DNA of 64,000 nt, from contig MCFE01000242.1 in assembly GCA_002104905.1 (NCBI GenBank), positions 53,647-117,646 on the forward strand, written 5' to 3'. The position numbers and the translations under genes were made by a program. Under the pieces are notes generated by a model that searched no databases, had not been told where the DNA came from, and saw nothing but the letters and a program-made list of their open reading frames with translations. Position 1 is the first letter of the stretch. Each line of letters begins with the position of its first letter. This DNA comes from Basidiobolus meristosporus CBS 931.73 (Eukaryota > Fungi > Basidiobolomycota). Shown here one piece after another: positions 62,401 to 64,000 of the stretch.

Positions 62401-62818
62401 GACTAAGTACTTATAATTTCCATGTTTGGTCCTGAATCTTGTCTTAGGGATGTCTTCTGGCTTCACCCTACTCTGGTTGTATCATGACATGATGCAATTG
62501 TGCAGATTATAGTAGCTCCATTGAGTTAGTCCAAAAACTCACTAATTGAGGGTATGGGGTACTTATTTTTAACAGTAACTAATTCAAGGGCTCTGTAGTC
62601 AGTGCACATTTTAGGTGATCCATCCTTCTATTTCACAAAAAGCACTAGTAATCTGCAATGTCACTTGCTGTGTATAATATATTCCTGCTCCAATAACTGA
62701 TTAATTTGTAACTCCATCTCTTCTAACTCACATAGACTCATCCTACAAGGTGTCTTGCTTGCTAGAGGGCCTTTTCTTGGTCAATGGCATTATCCATGCC
62801 TCTGACTTGTGGTAGGCC
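59418..62818 (-). mobile_element. Ty3/gypsy element C2, degenerate (3' LTR 59418 to about 59782, integrase, RNase H, RT)
   Basis: PPT agtaggggag, integrase and RT fragments colinear with C1 (KPEDIPKTRFRTKHG..TKAPATF; YPVHEKEMLAMIHCL). Confidence 0.9.
60690..61055 (-). repeat. Solo LTR-B4 in the gypsy C2 integrase (TSD gcttc/gctcc)
   Basis: Homologous to LTR-B; the host sequence resumes at gctccaagggaaag. Confidence 0.85.
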
Positions 62819-64000
62819 TGTTACCAGTCTTGATATAAGAGTTATACAGGAATAGGGAGTTTAGCTAGTATTGTGTTCACTAAAGCTTGAACTGATCTTT
62901 ATTGAGGTTCCAGCATTTCCTCATATACATTTTGCTAGATCAATTGCGGACTAATTGTATTTCCCAATGTAGATTGTGGCTGATGATTTGTTTGATTGCC
63001 TCATTGTCAAACAATTAGATTGTGCTTAATGTATCTATCTGTGCATAATCAGTATCTGCAGATTCATCTGCTCATTAATACAACTGATCTGATAGATAAC
63101 ACTGATATACCAATAGGCTAAACATAATACTCATTGAGTTGATTAAAAGCTGATCTAGCCTAAACATTCAGGCAATAGATCATACATTCTCCCCTACTAA
63201 AGTTGTGAGGGTACTCCTGAATCTCTTTTCTTGTGATACATGTATCTCAACGGTTGAGTATTGTCAGCAAGTCTTGCAAGCTTGAGTTGGTATCAATGAA
63301 TTAAGTCCTCCTAGATATTACCATGTTTGTCCAAAGTTGATAAGTTGCAAATTGACACTCTGTGATGATGTTGAATGGTCCTGTCCATTGTGGCTCAAAC
63401 TTCTTCCAAGTGTTGTCTCTCAGTAACACAAAGCTCTGAACTGTCAAGGCTTTGAGTGAAATAGTCTTATAAAATATATGCTTCATTGTTTCTGCACTTT
63501 GAGATATCTTGGCCTGTGCCTCTTGATGTCTTTGTTCCAGCTACTGGTGTTTACTTGGCTGACTGAGCTAATCTTCTAAGGCATCTGTAAGCTTTGGTTA
63601 TGTGAGATCTCCTGGAATCTTGGATTCACATCCATACACTAAGTAAAATGGCAATTGTTGGGTGGTATTGTGCACTCTAACTCTGCAGGCAAATACAGCT
63701 TAGCCTATATACTCATCCCAACTAGTGACAGCTCCATTTGCCTACTTGGTCAGCATTTCTCCAAACAATCCATTAAGCCACTCAGTGACTCTATTAGTTC
63801 TGGGTGATATGTTGAGGTTTTCAAGTGTTTGATCTGCTGCATTTCTACAAAAGCTTCCAATGTCTTTGCCATATAGCTTGATCCTCTTATTGGATAAAAA
63901 TCTCTTTTTAGGGCATCCAAACTTCATAAGGATCTCATGGTTGATGTAACTTACAACTACTTCTTCACAGGCTACAGGTACAGCTTTAGCCACTGGCCAT
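62819..64000 (-). mobile_element. Ty3/gypsy element C3 (3' LTR 62819-63186, PPT, integrase) nested in C2; runs off the window
   Basis: An LTR-C begins inside the C2 protease-RT linker after ggtaggcc. PPT gtaggggagaa and integrase fragments (KFEPQWTGPF, EWLNGLFGEMLTK) follow. Confidence 0.88.

Noticed and set aside
32319-64000. Numerous 60-150-aa ORFs in the right half as host genes
   Set aside because: Those I could place are frames or antisense shadows of degenerate transposon genes and LTRs; none resembles a host gene.
1-64000. CRISPR arrays, rRNA, tRNA, prokaryotic operons or horizontally acquired cassettes
   Set aside because: None seen. The DNA is eukaryotic and spliced, and the only intronless IS5-like ORF lies within a eukaryotic-type two-gene TIR element.

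Overview
Intron-rich fungal genomic DNA, probably from an early-diverging lineage (Mucoromycota/Zoopagomycota-like; inferred from short 50-75 nt GT-AG introns and protein resemblance). The window has two sharply different halves. Bases 1 to about 27,270 are a compact, CpG-normal gene block: EI24/Rrt8-like membrane protein, F-box protein, 14-3-3, TAT-SF1/Cus2, La/Lhp1, Eaf1, an SH3 protein, Mps1, Bcs1, Cwc15, a Reg1-like DUF1752 protein, Atp7, and small unannotated ORFs including a spliced 63-aa single-TM microprotein. From 27,274 to the end is a gene-free, AT-rich, strongly CpG-depleted nest of transposons. Its scaffold is a ~4.98-kb two-gene CACTA/EnSpm-like unit arranged head-to-tail. Into it are inserted two Ty1/copia families, Ty3/gypsy elements with 4-bp TSDs, several solo LTRs, and a 4.5-kb PHIS (Harbinger/ISL2EU-group) DNA transposon. 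That transposon has AGACTTGTTCC TIRs, an ATT target duplication, an intact DDE transposase and retained CpG islands. No rRNA, tRNA or CRISPR array was recognised. All exon models, boundaries and counts were made by eye and no searches were run.
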